Source: Gaiellaceae bacterium
Lineage (GTDB): Bacteria > Actinomycetota > Thermoleophilia > Gaiellales > Gaiellaceae
NCBI GenBank assembly: GCA_039931575.1
Contig: JBDTRS010000001.1
Coordinates: 1-45,468, forward strand
Direction of reading: 5' to 3'
DNA length: 45,468 bases
The notes under the pieces are model-generated. The model searched no databases. It was not told the DNA's origin and saw only the letters and a list, made by a program, of their open reading frames with translations. The position numbers and the translations under genes are program-made. Below, piece after piece: positions 1-8,973 of the stretch; within the stretch, counting starts at the first letter, position 1; every line of letters begins with the position of its first letter.

Positions 1-373
1 TCGCCCAGGTACCCGGGCGGCGCCGCAGGTGCCGCGTGACGACCGCCACGCGCGCGAGCTCTCCGACGCGGCCGGGCAGCGCTGCGTTCCCGAGCAGGCC
101 GACGCAGAAGGCCGAGAAGACCGTCCGCCAGGGCGGCCAGGGCGGCAGGATCGCCTGCTTCACCACCACCCGCCAGGCCGAGGCGCGCACGGCCACCGAC
201 AGCAGGTTGATCAGGACCGCCGCCGCCACCCACCCCCACGAGACCGCGCGGAAGGCGTCCTCGACGACCCCAACGTCGGGGCCGTGCCAGAGCACCAGCA
301 CGATCGCCAGGACGACGAGAGAGACGAGGAGGAGCATCCGGACGAGCGGGCTGCGAGGGATTGGCGCTCTCAT
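1..373 (-). CDS. Flippase-like / LPG-synthase-TM (UPF0104-type) membrane protein, N-terminal part; gene runs off the window start
   Basis: Own translation of the minus strand from ATG 373-371: MRAPIPRSPLVRMLLLVSLVVLAIVLVLWHGP...SAWRVVVKQAI...CVGLLGNAALPGRVGELARV. It has hydrophobic helices and the LPxRxGE-like motif typical of this family. ATGA start/stop overlap with the upstream glycosyltransferase. Confidence 0.5.
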   Translation of the reverse strand, partial: MRAPIPRSPLVRMLLLVSLVVLAIVLVLWHGPDVGVVEDAFRAVSWGWVAAAVLINLLSVAVRASAWRVVVKQAILPPWPPWRTVFSAFCVGLLGNAALPGRVGELARVAVVTRHLRRRPGTWA

Positions 374-1518
374 CAGGCGGCCACCCGTCTCCCATCCTCG
401 CCTCCGGCGAGCCCTTCGTAGATCTCCACGAGCCGCCGCGCGACCCGGTCCCAGGAGTACTCCTCGGCAACGCGCCGCGCCCCTTCGCCAAGCGCGCGCC
501 GTCTCGGCTCGTCCTCGAGCAGGGAGACGAGCGCGCCGGCCAGCGCCTGGGGGTCGTTCGGGGGAACGAGCAGCGCGCTCTCCTCGTCCGCAACCGCCGC
601 GTAGCCCTCGATGTCCGACGCGACGGCAGGGGTCGCCGTTGCGAACGCGCGCGTCAGCACCATCCCGAAGCTCTCGCCTCCGAGGGCGGGCGCCGCGAGC
701 AGGCTGGCCGCGGCGAGCTCCGCGGTGAGGTCTTCCTCGGAAACGACGCCGAGCAGGTCGACCCGCTCCAGAGAGAGGTCCTGCCGCCGCGCGAGCCAGC
801 GCACCGAGAGCGGATCGGCCCCGACGACGCGAAGCCGCGCCTGCGTCTTCGCCGCCACCTCGGCCCAGGCGCGGAGCAGCACCTCGAGGCCCTTGCGCTT
901 TTCGTTGCGGCCGATGAAGACGACGTTGCCGTTGCGATTGCCCGCATCGAAGCGCTCGGGCAGCACGACCCCGTTCGGGATCACCTCCATCGGGCCGCCG
1001 ACATAGGGCTCGGCAGACCGGCGCGCCGACTCCGACACGGCAATGCGGTGGTCGATCCGCTTCATGGCGACACCCCAGAAGACCTTCGCGGCGGGATACC
1101 AGCTGAGTCGCTCCCCCGCGGCATGTGAGGTCGCGACAAGCGGGCACGTTGCCAGCGCGAGCGCTGCGGGCGAGAGCACCGGCGCGTACGGCTCGTGCAC
1201 GTGCACGACGTCAAAGCGCTCCTGCTCGAGGACCCGCCTGAGCCGGAAAAGCGCCGGCGGCGACAGGATGATGTTCGGAAGGGACGCGTTCGCGGGCACA
1301 ATCACCGACCGCCCCAGCGGGATGACGTAGTCGGGCGGCCGCGTGTGCCTCCCCTCCTTCGGGTGGAGGAGCTTGGTCAGCCTCCCGGGCGGGTCGTGGC
1401 CCATGAGGATCTTCGCCTCGATACCGAGGCCCGCGAGTGCCCGCGCCTGGTGATCGGCGTGCTCCTGGACTCCCCCCCAAAAGGACCAGGAGTAGGGCAC
1501 GACGATGCCCACCTTCAT
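373..1518 (-). CDS. GT4-family (GT-B) glycosyltransferase, PimA/MshA-like
   Basis: ORF 373..1707. The conserved body begins at an internal Met (MKVGIVVPYSWSFWGG; ATG at 1518-1516). GT4 C-terminal region: VFIGRNEKRKG...GGESFGMVLTRAFATATPAVASDIEG. The N-terminal 63 aa of the track ORF look non-coding. Confidence 0.85.
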   Translation of the reverse strand: MKVGIVVPYSWSFWGGVQEHADHQARALAGLGIEAKILMGHDPPGRLTKLLHPKEGRHTRPPDYVIPLGRSVIVPANASLPNIILSPPALFRLRRVLEQERFDVVHVHEPYAPVLSPAALALATCPLVATSHAAGERLSWYPAAKVFWGVAMKRIDHRIAVSESARRSAEPYVGGPMEVIPNGVVLPERFDAGNRNGNVVFIGRNEKRKGLEVLLRAWAEVAAKTQARLRVVGADPLSVRWLARRQDLSLERVDLLGVVSEEDLTAELAAASLLAAPALGGESFGMVLTRAFATATPAVASDIEGYAAVADEESALLVPPNDPQALAGALVSLLEDEPRRRALGEGARRVAEEYSWDRVARRLVEIYEGLAGGEDGRRVAA

Positions 1519-1706
1519 GGCCAAAACCCTACCCGCCCCCGCCCCGCCGCATCTGGGACGCCCGCTGGTAAAGGAGCCAAGCGAGCGGCGCGCAGGACAG
1601 TGCACGTAGCACGGACAAACGCCGCGAGCGCCGGATCCTGCCGCCAGCGGCGTCAGGCGGCAGGCGGAGCCGCCGCCGGCCAGGGGCGGCGGATTAGACT
1701 CGTCCA

Positions 1707-2903
1707 ATGGTGAAGCGGGCCGAGCGAATGCAGTCGATCAGCGGCTTCGGGATCGACCGCGTTGCGGCCTCTGCGGAGGAAACCGGCGGGCGCCACGGCG
1801 GCCCCGTCCTCCGCATGGAGAACCTCGACACCGACCTGCCGCTCCCGCCCGAAGCCGTCGAGACGACCCGCGCCACCCTCGAGGATCCAAAGTCGAACAG
1901 CTGGCTTCCCTTCACGGGCGACCTCGACCTCCGCGCCGCCATCTCCGACTTCACCGCCGAGCGCGCGGGGCACCGCTACGACCCCGAGCGCGAGATCGTC
2001 GTCACCGCGGGCGGCATGGAAGCCCTGCTGAACGTCCTGCTCGCCACCGTCGACCCCGGCGACGAGATCGTCGTCACCGACCCGACCTATGCCGGCATCG
2101 TCAACCGGATCCGCCTCTGCGGCGGAACGCCGCGCTTCGTCCCCTTCCTCGCCAAGGAGAACGGCTGGCGATTCGACCGCGACGCGCTCGCCCAGGTCGT
2201 CGGGCCGAAGACGACCGGCTTTCTCTTCATGAGCCCCTCGATGCCCTCGGGCGGCTACCTCGACGAGGACGACTGGCGCGCCGTCTGCGAGGCCTGCCGC
2301 GAGCGCGACCTCTTCCTCGTCTACGACTCGGCGATGGAGCGCCTGCTCTTCGACGGGCGCCCGCTCGTCCATCCGCTCCGCTTCGACGGGATGGCCGAGC
2401 GCACCCTCGTCGTCGGCTCGCTCTCGAAGGAGCACAGGATGATCGGGTGGCGCGTGGGCTGGGTCGCCGGGCCCGCCGACACCGTTACCGACGCGGGCTG
2501 GGCGCACGTCTACAACACGACGATGCCGGTGGCGATCTCGCGCTTTGCCGCGACCGCAGTGCTCCGCGGCGACCAGGGGCACGTGGCCGAGTGCGTCGCC
2601 GAGCTCGAGCGCCGCCGCGACACGGTGCTCTCGGGCCTCCCCGGCTGGCCCTTCGTCAGCCCGGCCGGCGGCTGGTCGCTCCTCCTCGACGTCGCCGCGC
2701 TCGGCTTCGAGCCCGCCGAGGCCTCCCGGATCCTGCTCGACGACGCCAAGATCGCCGCGACCGGCATGACCGGCTGGGGCGACGAGGTCGCCGCCCGCTA
2801 CGTCCGCTTCGTCTTCAGCGCCGAGCCGGTGGAGCGGCTCGAGACGATTCCCGACCGCGTGGCCGGGACGAAGCTCGCGGAGGCCGTTGCAAGTCGAGTC
2901 TGA
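1707..2903 (+). CDS. Class I/II pyridoxal-phosphate-dependent aminotransferase
   Basis: 398-aa ORF with the PLP-lysine motif SLSKEHRMIGWRVGW, the DPTYAGI motif and aminotransferase-like length. Confidence 0.85.
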   Translation: MVKRAERMQSISGFGIDRVAASAEETGGRHGGPVLRMENLDTDLPLPPEAVETTRATLEDPKSNSWLPFTGDLDLRAAISDFTAERAGHRYDPEREIVVTAGGMEALLNVLLATVDPGDEIVVTDPTYAGIVNRIRLCGGTPRFVPFLAKENGWRFDRDALAQVVGPKTTGFLFMSPSMPSGGYLDEDDWRAVCEACRERDLFLVYDSAMERLLFDGRPLVHPLRFDGMAERTLVVGSLSKEHRMIGWRVGWVAGPADTVTDAGWAHVYNTTMPVAISRFAATAVLRGDQGHVAECVAELERRRDTVLSGLPGWPFVSPAGGWSLLLDVAALGFEPAEASRILLDDAKIAATGMTGWGDEVAARYVRFVFSAEPVERLETIPDRVAGTKLAEAVASRV

Positions 2904-3924
2904 AGCCAAGGCCGTCGTCGAAGAGATCAGCCGCGGCGGCCTCGCCGAGCTGCACACGCACCTCGGCGGCTCCGTCGATCCGGCGGTCATGTGGACGCTC
3001 GCCCACGAGCAGGGGATCGCGCTGCCCGTCAAGGACTACTGGGACTTCGTCGACCTGGTCACCGTCGACCCGCGCGGGGTCGAAGGGCTTCCCGAGCTCG
3101 ACCAGATCTACAAGTGGACGGAGCTGATCCAATCGAGCCCGCTCGCCGTCGAGCGCTCGGTGCACGGCGCCATCGGAGGCGCCTACCGGACGCAGAACAT
3201 CACGACGCTCGAGCTCCGCTTCAACCCGATGAAGCGAAACCGCGGGGGCGAGCGCGACCTCGACCACATCATCGTCGCCGCCACGCTCGGGCTCGACCGC
3301 GCCGAGCTCGAGTACCCGCGCGTGCGCGCCGGGCTCATCCTGATGATGGACCGGACGTTCACGCACGAGCAGAACGGGATCATCGTCGAGAAGGCGATCC
3401 GCTACGCCTCGCGCGGGATCGTGGGCGTGGACATCGCCGGGCCGCGGCCGAACGGGGGCCGCTATCCCTACCGCGACCTGGCGCCGCTCGTCGAGGAGGC
3501 TCGTGCAGCCGGCCTCGGCGTCACGATCCACGTGGGCGAGGAGGGCGGCAAGTACGGGATCGAGGAGATCGGCGAGGTCGTCGAGACCCTCCGCCCCGCC
3601 CGCATCGGCCACGGCATCCTCGCCGCGCAGGACGAGGCGACCATGAAGCTCCTCGTCGAGGCCGGCACCGTGCTCGAGATCTGTCCCTCGTCGAACCTCT
3701 TGACCCGCGCGCTCGCAAACGAGGACGAGCTCCGCGACACGATCCGGACCTTCAGCGACCGCGGAGTCGCCTTCACGATCGCCACGGACGGCCCCGAGAT
3801 GATGCGCACGCACCTGCGCGACGAGCTTCAACTGCTGGTCGGGGTCGGTGCGCTCGGCGAGGAGGAGCTGCGGGCCGTGAACGCACTAGGGCACGAGGCG
3901 GCCTTCATACACCAAAGGGTGTAG
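2887..3924 (+). CDS. Adenosine/AMP deaminase-family metallohydrolase
   Basis: Motifs LAELHTHLGGS, HVGEEGG, RIGHGI and IATDGP. TTG start overlaps the aminotransferase stop by 17 nt. Confidence 0.8.
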   Translation: MQVESEAKAVVEEISRGGLAELHTHLGGSVDPAVMWTLAHEQGIALPVKDYWDFVDLVTVDPRGVEGLPELDQIYKWTELIQSSPLAVERSVHGAIGGAYRTQNITTLELRFNPMKRNRGGERDLDHIIVAATLGLDRAELEYPRVRAGLILMMDRTFTHEQNGIIVEKAIRYASRGIVGVDIAGPRPNGGRYPYRDLAPLVEEARAAGLGVTIHVGEEGGKYGIEEIGEVVETLRPARIGHGILAAQDEATMKLLVEAGTVLEICPSSNLLTRALANEDELRDTIRTFSDRGVAFTIATDGPEMMRTHLRDELQLLVGVGALGEEELRAVNALGHEAAFIHQRV

Positions 3925-4216
3925 TCGCAGAGCCGTCCCCGGTGAGCGCGCTCAGCCCGCGCGGCGAGCAAGCTGAGAGAGGCCCCGGCCCTGCGAACTC
4001 GCGAAAGGGCGCGGTGATCCGGTCGAGGAACGCGGGCTCTGGCACGTCGCCTTCGAGGAGGTGCGCGTAGGTGTCGAGAGTGAAGGAGGGCTTGTGGTGG
4101 CCGAGCCAGCGCTGCACCTGCACGGCGTTCCAGCCCCGGCGGAAGAGCGCCGTCGCGCACGTGTGCCGGAAGCGGGTGTGCCATCCGTCCCTCAGAGATT
4201 CGCCCCACCCTCCCAT
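3905..4216 (-). pseudogene. Tyrosine recombinase (phage-type integrase) remnant: C-terminal catalytic box II only
   Basis: WHTRFRHTCATALFRRGWNAVQVQRWLGHHKPSFTLDTYAHLL matches the HxxR...LGH...Y box of tyrosine recombinases. Only about 55 conserved residues remain. The N-terminal about 250 aa are missing, because the next gene's stop codon lies 24 nt away. Confidence 0.75.
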
Positions 4217-4240
4217 GGGACCTTAGGACACGACTTGGGA

Positions 4241-5602
4241 TCAGACCTCGGCTTCGTAGACGGCTGCGATGGGCTGGCTGAGCGTAGAAACCGGGAAGTT
4301 GAGCTCTGCCTCCGCCTGCTCTCTCAGTGCAGCTTGATGCGGCGCGCCGGCGGTTGAAACAAGATCGCGGAGTTTAGTGTCGAGCTGTCGAGTGAGTAGT
4401 TCGAGGGCGACTAACGCGGCCTCGGCCGCACCCTCGTCCTCGGGAACTCGGATTGAGCGTTGCCGCAATTCCAGGGCTCGGATTATGAGCTCACCCGTCG
4501 CTGCCGGCAGGTCGTCTTCGTAAACGACATTCTCCGAAGCCATAACAGTCAAGCGACGTTGTCCCATCAACTGCTCGGATCTCACGCTTAACGGCGCGTT
4601 GCCAAACTGGACCGTGCGGGTCTTCGCACCGGATGGGAGAAAGTCAGCCGGAAACCGCCTTCCTCCGAGGGCGGGTCTGAGTTGTGCGGCGATGTCGGTT
4701 GCCACTTCTCCGAGGTTGGTTACAAAACGCTCCCGCTTGATCTCGCCGCGCCCCGCGGCCAGGAGGTGGCGAATGCTCCCCATCCGCAGGGTGTCGTCGT
4801 AAAGCTCCGTAAGCCTCTCGTCGCCCAGGCCGACCGCTCGGAGCACACAGCTATCGAGAGCCCGCTGCTTGTCATTTTTCTGGCCCTTCGAGGCAGGGAG
4901 CCGCTCGCCCTCGAGAAGAGCGGCCGTCGCAGTGCGCCATTCAGCCGCAAGCGTCGGATCCAACTTCCGGATGTCAGGAACCTGGAGGCCGCGAAGAACT
5001 TCAGTTCGAACTTCAAGCGCACCCTGGCCCATCGAGGTTGCTCCGAATGTTTCGCAGAGCATCACGAACCACATCGAACACAGCAGACCAATCAGCAGTT
5101 CCTCGCCCACACCTGGCCTAGCGTTGACCTGGTTGAACCGTTGGTCTACACGAACGGGTTCATCCAGGATGAACGGCGCGAAGTACTCGTCGAATGCTTT
5201 GAGCAGGGCGATGCGGGCCGGCGGCGGCATCGCCTGGTTTTGATACCAAAGGCGCTCTTTAGGCTTGACTGCCGGCGTGTCTTTCCAGTACCCGCCCACC
5301 TCGCCGCCAGAAGTCTTGTGACGCTGTTTAGCGCCCCACTTAATATAGGCAGCGGCGCCAGTGCCGACGAAGTTTTCGACCGCCTGATCGCAGAGGAAGA
5401 TTCTTAGGTGGGTCGATGAAACTGATTGAAGGAAGCGATCGCGCTTCGCATCCGAGGTTCGAAAGACGCTCTCTAGGAATTGCGGCTCGATCTGAAAAGT
5501 GTTGACCCGCTCCTCATCGACATAGAAAAACGGGTTCAGAAAGGTCTTGACGCCAAGTCGCACGTCGGCCAACTCGTCGAGGCGGGTCAACCCAGTCGTC
5601 AT
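4241..5602 (-). CDS. Target-recognition (TaqI_C/Eco57I-type specificity) subunit of a split type IIG-like enzyme, with about 200 aa of uncharacterised C-terminal extension
   Basis: ATG at 5602-5600 overlaps the upstream TGA (ATGA). LADVRLGVKTFLNPFFYVDEE and LLIGLLCSMWFVMLCETFGATSMGQGALEVRTEVLRGLQVPD resemble the C-terminal specificity domain of gamma-class N6-adenine methylases. Assignment made by eye. Confidence 0.6.
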   Translation of the reverse strand: MTTGLTRLDELADVRLGVKTFLNPFFYVDEERVNTFQIEPQFLESVFRTSDAKRDRFLQSVSSTHLRIFLCDQAVENFVGTGAAAYIKWGAKQRHKTSGGEVGGYWKDTPAVKPKERLWYQNQAMPPPARIALLKAFDEYFAPFILDEPVRVDQRFNQVNARPGVGEELLIGLLCSMWFVMLCETFGATSMGQGALEVRTEVLRGLQVPDIRKLDPTLAAEWRTATAALLEGERLPASKGQKNDKQRALDSCVLRAVGLGDERLTELYDDTLRMGSIRHLLAAGRGEIKRERFVTNLGEVATDIAAQLRPALGGRRFPADFLPSGAKTRTVQFGNAPLSVRSEQLMGQRRLTVMASENVVYEDDLPAATGELIIRALELRQRSIRVPEDEGAAEAALVALELLTRQLDTKLRDLVSTAGAPHQAALREQAEAELNFPVSTLSQPIAAVYEAEV

Positions 5603-7635
5603 GTGTGCAGGTAGTCCGTCTCCATGACCTCGAGCAGCACTCGCGGCGCCCTCATTGGAAGGTGCCACGGGAGCACCCGCCTATGGTCCTGGAGTTTCCC
5701 GAGCTCCTTGGCTCGAGAACCGATCCGTAACCGAACGGAGGCGTCTTCAAATGGCACTGAGGCTGATTCCACGCGCCCCGCGAGTGCATCGAGGGCCGCC
5801 CATCGGTCCCCACCTTCCTCAGTTGTGATTTCAGCGAGGGTTCTCTTCAGAGACACGAAACGGAGTGGGTAATCGTCCTGGAACGTCAGTGGGCTGGCGG
5901 GCTTCTCCGCGATCGTGACGACCGTGTTGATGGCAGCTTGAGGGAAGAATGGTTCTGCTTCCGATCCGATGACGGCGATCAATCGAGTGTCTCGAAGAAG
6001 GAACAACTGCAAGGCGATTCCATATTCGGTCGCGAGCCAAGCGTTGGACGTGACGAAGCCAACCCGTCCGCCTTCGCTAAGCACATCGAGGGCGTGGATG
6101 AAGAAGAGGACGTAGATGTCTAGGAGCTCCTTTTCACCCACGTTCGCCTTAAGCGCAATCTTCTGTACGCGCCCGCGGTAAGACGGGTCGAGGTCGTCCA
6201 GCTTCTGCCACCGAAGGTACGGCGGGTTCCCGACAATCGCATCAAACGCGGGAGCGATGACGGGAATCTTCTCTTGCCCTTCGCCCGCCCGCGCTGGCGG
6301 GAAGAGATGAGTGTCGCCTCGATCGAAGTCGAAGAAATCTGAGACCAGGACGCGTGGGAAGTTGTTCTGCTCCGTGAAATCCTGGCGGCAGAGATTGATC
6401 ACGGCGAGCTCGGTCGGAAAATGGCTGATGTCTACTCCCCAAATCGCCTCGAGCCGTTCGCCGTGAGTCTGAGCGGCACCGGTCTGCTTCAACCGGTCGT
6501 AGGATCGGATCAGGAACTCGCCGGTTCCACACGCCGGGTCGAGCACGCTCTTCGTTGAGCCGTCAACACAGAAGGCGACGATCAAGTCAGCGAGCTCCGC
6601 CGACGTGAAGTACTGGCCGAGAAGGTCTCGCTCCTCCACCGGAATTAGATGCTCGAACACCGACCCCAGAACTGCCGCGTCGAGGCCCGACCAGTCGTAA
6701 GTGTTGAGGCGCTCGAGCAGCTGCACGAGCCCGTTCTCCGCGGCCGCCGACAGCGGCAGCGTGTCCAGGACAACATCGTCCGCGTAGAGCGCCTCGTAGT
6801 CGACAGCCCTGATCGCCGCCCAGATGTTCTCCAGCTGCGGGCGAAGCGGCTTGTCCGCTCGGACTTTGAACGGTGGGAGCTCCTTGGAGTGACCAGCGTA
6901 GGCAAGGTAGAAAACTGCTTGCCCGACGAGCCGATAAGTGAGCTGTGCCGCGGCTCGCTCGTACAGCACCTCAGCCTTCGGTGCCGTCATCCCTTGGGCC
7001 TGTGCCCAGGCATGGATGCTCGATCGAAGTGTCTTGTCTGACGTGGCCGCGCTCCGTACACCTGTCGCCACCGCCTGCCGGATCTCTCGGACTTCTCGGC
7101 TTAGCCACTCGACGAAAACGGACGGTTCGAGGATTTGCCCGCCCACGGCGCCGGTATCGCGGAGCGCCGCGAGTGACGTGAGCAGATCACGCGCCCGCCC
7201 GCGGAGCGCAGCGACCATGGCGGGTTTGCCGACGTAATCCTTAGTGCTCACCACAGCCAACTCCGGGAAACGGGAGAGCGGGTCGTTTCGAAACGTCTCA
7301 GTTAGCCCGGCAGCGTTAGCCGGTGCGGATGGCGTCTGGTGAATGACAGTCTCGCGTTGGTTCCATTGGACGCAGTACGGAGCGCCGACGCGGCGCGCCT
7401 TCTTGATCACATCGTTCTGGAACTCAGCATCGGTTATGGGCGTTGAGAGAGTCTTGAGCTCGACCGCCGCCAGCGCGTCCAAGTCGCGAACATTCCAAAT
7501 GACGAGGTCTGATCGTTTCTGATCTGCATACTGCTTCTCTTGGCCCACGTCCTCAATGCGCAGTCCAGGCCTGGCGCTGAGGTCGGCCCCCATCCATTGA
7601 AGTACGTCTCCCTGGAACTCGAGCTCCGTGGCCAT
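5599..7635 (-). CDS. Type IIG-like restriction/modification protein: N-terminal PD-(D/E)xK-like nuclease motif plus gamma-class N6-adenine DNA methyltransferase
   Basis: D43-x15-E59-x-K61 (SDLVIWNVRDLDALAAVELK). AdoMet motif VLDPACGTGEFL. Catalytic motif IVGNPPYLRW. Eco57I-family-like tail TSNAWLATEYG. Confidence 0.75.
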   Translation of the reverse strand: MATELEFQGDVLQWMGADLSARPGLRIEDVGQEKQYADQKRSDLVIWNVRDLDALAAVELKTLSTPITDAEFQNDVIKKARRVGAPYCVQWNQRETVIHQTPSAPANAAGLTETFRNDPLSRFPELAVVSTKDYVGKPAMVAALRGRARDLLTSLAALRDTGAVGGQILEPSVFVEWLSREVREIRQAVATGVRSAATSDKTLRSSIHAWAQAQGMTAPKAEVLYERAAAQLTYRLVGQAVFYLAYAGHSKELPPFKVRADKPLRPQLENIWAAIRAVDYEALYADDVVLDTLPLSAAAENGLVQLLERLNTYDWSGLDAAVLGSVFEHLIPVEERDLLGQYFTSAELADLIVAFCVDGSTKSVLDPACGTGEFLIRSYDRLKQTGAAQTHGERLEAIWGVDISHFPTELAVINLCRQDFTEQNNFPRVLVSDFFDFDRGDTHLFPPARAGEGQEKIPVIAPAFDAIVGNPPYLRWQKLDDLDPSYRGRVQKIALKANVGEKELLDIYVLFFIHALDVLSEGGRVGFVTSNAWLATEYGIALQLFLLRDTRLIAVIGSEAEPFFPQAAINTVVTIAEKPASPLTFQDDYPLRFVSLKRTLAEITTEEGGDRWAALDALAGRVESASVPFEDASVRLRIGSRAKELGKLQDHRRVLPWHLPMRAPRVLLEVMETDYLHT

Positions 7636-7686
7636 GAACGAAGCCTAGAGTCGGCTCCGGTCCTCATCCGGCAGTGGGCAACTTCT

Positions 7687-8004
7687 TTGGGGTGGGCGCA
7701 CCCGTCTTCGTTACGCCGGTGGCGCCTCGTCAGCGACACTCGGACGAATGGCATCAAGCAGTTCGCAAACTGCGTCGAGCCCTTCAAGCTCGAGTTCCGG
7801 GACAAGCGCGCCCGCACTCGCGAGGGCGTCTCGAAGGATGAAGGCGCCCACGGCATACGGGTCGGCGTAACCGCGCTCAGGTGGCGCGATGAGCACATTC
7901 GCCCCGAGATCCGGGTGGCTCGCACGGGCCGCCGAGTCCTGTTCCCGGTGAAGGAGCTGGAGCGCTGGCTAGAGAGCCACGCTACGCGCCCACTTCTTCG
8001 CTAG
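7687..8004 (+). CDS. Excisionase/AlpA-type (HTH_17, MerR-superfamily) DNA-binding protein; start uncertain
   Basis: C-terminus DEGAHGIRVGVTALRWRDEHIRPEIRVARTGRRVLFPVKELERWLE fits the excisionase-family HTH. High third-position GC in this frame from about 7700. The listed start is the first in-frame TTG (7687). The track ORF starts at TTG 7540, inside the methylase gene. Confidence 0.5.
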   Translation: MGWAHPSSLRRWRLVSDTRTNGIKQFANCVEPFKLEFRDKRARTREGVSKDEGAHGIRVGVTALRWRDEHIRPEIRVARTGRRVLFPVKELERWLESHATRPLLR

Positions 8005-8294
8005 CCGCTTTTGGAAAGGAGAGCCTCTAGCTCGTCCAGAGCAGGGGAGATCCGAGACCAACCCTCGTCCCAGCGCACGTCCAACGATTCACTGGGGCGG
8101 CAGACGGAGGCCGAGAGTTCGTACAGCTTGTCGCAGCTAGTTGAGATGCCCTTGAACTCCGAGATCTGCGAGAGGCCAGCGCACGAGAGCAGCAGCCGCT
8201 CAAGTCGAGAGCGAATGACGTATGCCGCGTTCGGGTCAACGGCCGCCTCGCGGACGGCGGCGACCTGGTCAAGGCATTGCTCGATCGAAGGCAT
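8001..8294 (-). CDS. Small (97 aa) helical hypothetical protein, third gene of the channel-NTase operon
   Basis: ATG 8294-8292 lies 26 nt inside the end of the NTase gene. No motif recognised (no His, three Cys). Coding status supported mainly by operon packing. Confidence 0.5.
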   Translation of the reverse strand: MPSIEQCLDQVAAVREAAVDPNAAYVIRSRLERLLLSCAGLSQISEFKGISTSCDKLYELSASVCRPSESLDVRWDEGWSRISPALDELEALLSKSG

Positions 8295-8973
8295 CTACTC
8301 TCCTCTGTATGTCTTGAAAAAGGGTAGCTGCCCTTTCCGTCGACGTCACCACGTCCTGGGTCGTTGCGTCGAAAGGCAGATCGCTTCGTCCCTGTTGGTG
8401 GAGCCGGAACCCGTAGAGCGTCTGAAGTTCATCCACCGTCTCGGGTGAGAGCCGGAGCGTCGCGCTTAGCGTTTCAAACGGACTGGCACGGCCGAAGTCG
8501 GGCTGACCGGTGACGTAGCAGCCCAGGATGAACGCGTGTCGGAGGGCCGTAGCTACGACCGCCATCTCGAAGTTCGGTGAATGATCGCCGCGGAGAGACT
8601 TCGCAACGTCCTGCAAAACCACGGTGAAGGCCTGCATCTCATCAGTCGCCCTTCGATAGCGGGGGAGTCCGGCCAGAAGCTGCTCTAGGGGATCGTTCTC
8701 CTCCGGGGTCACCGCTCGCCCCTCAAGCTTCACGTGGTGGAGGAAGAGCGATCCGTAGGCACACATCGCCTCCAGTTCGCCCCAAGAAAACTGCATCGGC
8801 GAGAAGGCGTGGCCGCTCAGTTCAAGCCACGCGAGTTGTGGATCCTGGGATACGGCGTCCCGCCACTCGCCGTCCCCGCCCGCCACGAGGATGTCTATGT
8901 CACTTAGTTCGTCGGCGTCCCCGCGTGCGAATGAGCCGTATAGCCAGACGGAGGTGCCGTGCCTCAGCGCCAC
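8269..8973 (-). CDS. Pol-beta-superfamily minimal nucleotidyltransferase with a helical C-terminal domain
   Basis: LYGSFARGDADELSDIDILV gives the G13-S14...D25-x-D27 NTase signature. GTG start 8973-8971 overlaps the upstream stop by 10 nt. No Rx4-6H HEPN motif in the about 170-aa C-terminal part. Confidence 0.75.
   Translation of the reverse strand: MALRHGTSVWLYGSFARGDADELSDIDILVAGGDGEWRDAVSQDPQLAWLELSGHAFSPMQFSWGELEAMCAYGSLFLHHVKLEGRAVTPEENDPLEQLLAGLPRYRRATDEMQAFTVVLQDVAKSLRGDHSPNFEMAVVATALRHAFILGCYVTGQPDFGRASPFETLSATLRLSPETVDELQTLYGFRLHQQGRSDLPFDATTQDVVTSTERAATLFQDIQRRVDAFDRAMP

Noticed and set aside
3925-4000. Second att copy or direct repeat of the tRNA fragment near the integrase relic
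   Set aside because: There is only a weak 7-nt resemblance (CCTGCGA) to the tRNA fragment, which is indistinguishable from chance in GC-rich DNA.
7434-7925. Minus-strand ORFs (163 aa, and 61 aa at 7711-7896) opposite the HTH gene; the 61-aa product looks superficially protein-like
   Set aside because: Third-position GC is clearly higher in the plus-strand frame (about 83% versus about 65% by my count), and the plus frame ends in a recognisable excisionase-type HTH. The minus ORFs are the usual mirror-frame artefacts.
8001-8973. Classical MNT-HEPN toxin-antitoxin pair (NTase followed by a small HEPN toxin)
   Set aside because: I searched both the NTase C-terminal domain and the 97-aa protein for the Rx4-6H HEPN motif and found none. 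The 97-aa protein has no histidine at all. The NTase is also about twice the size of typical MNT antitoxins.
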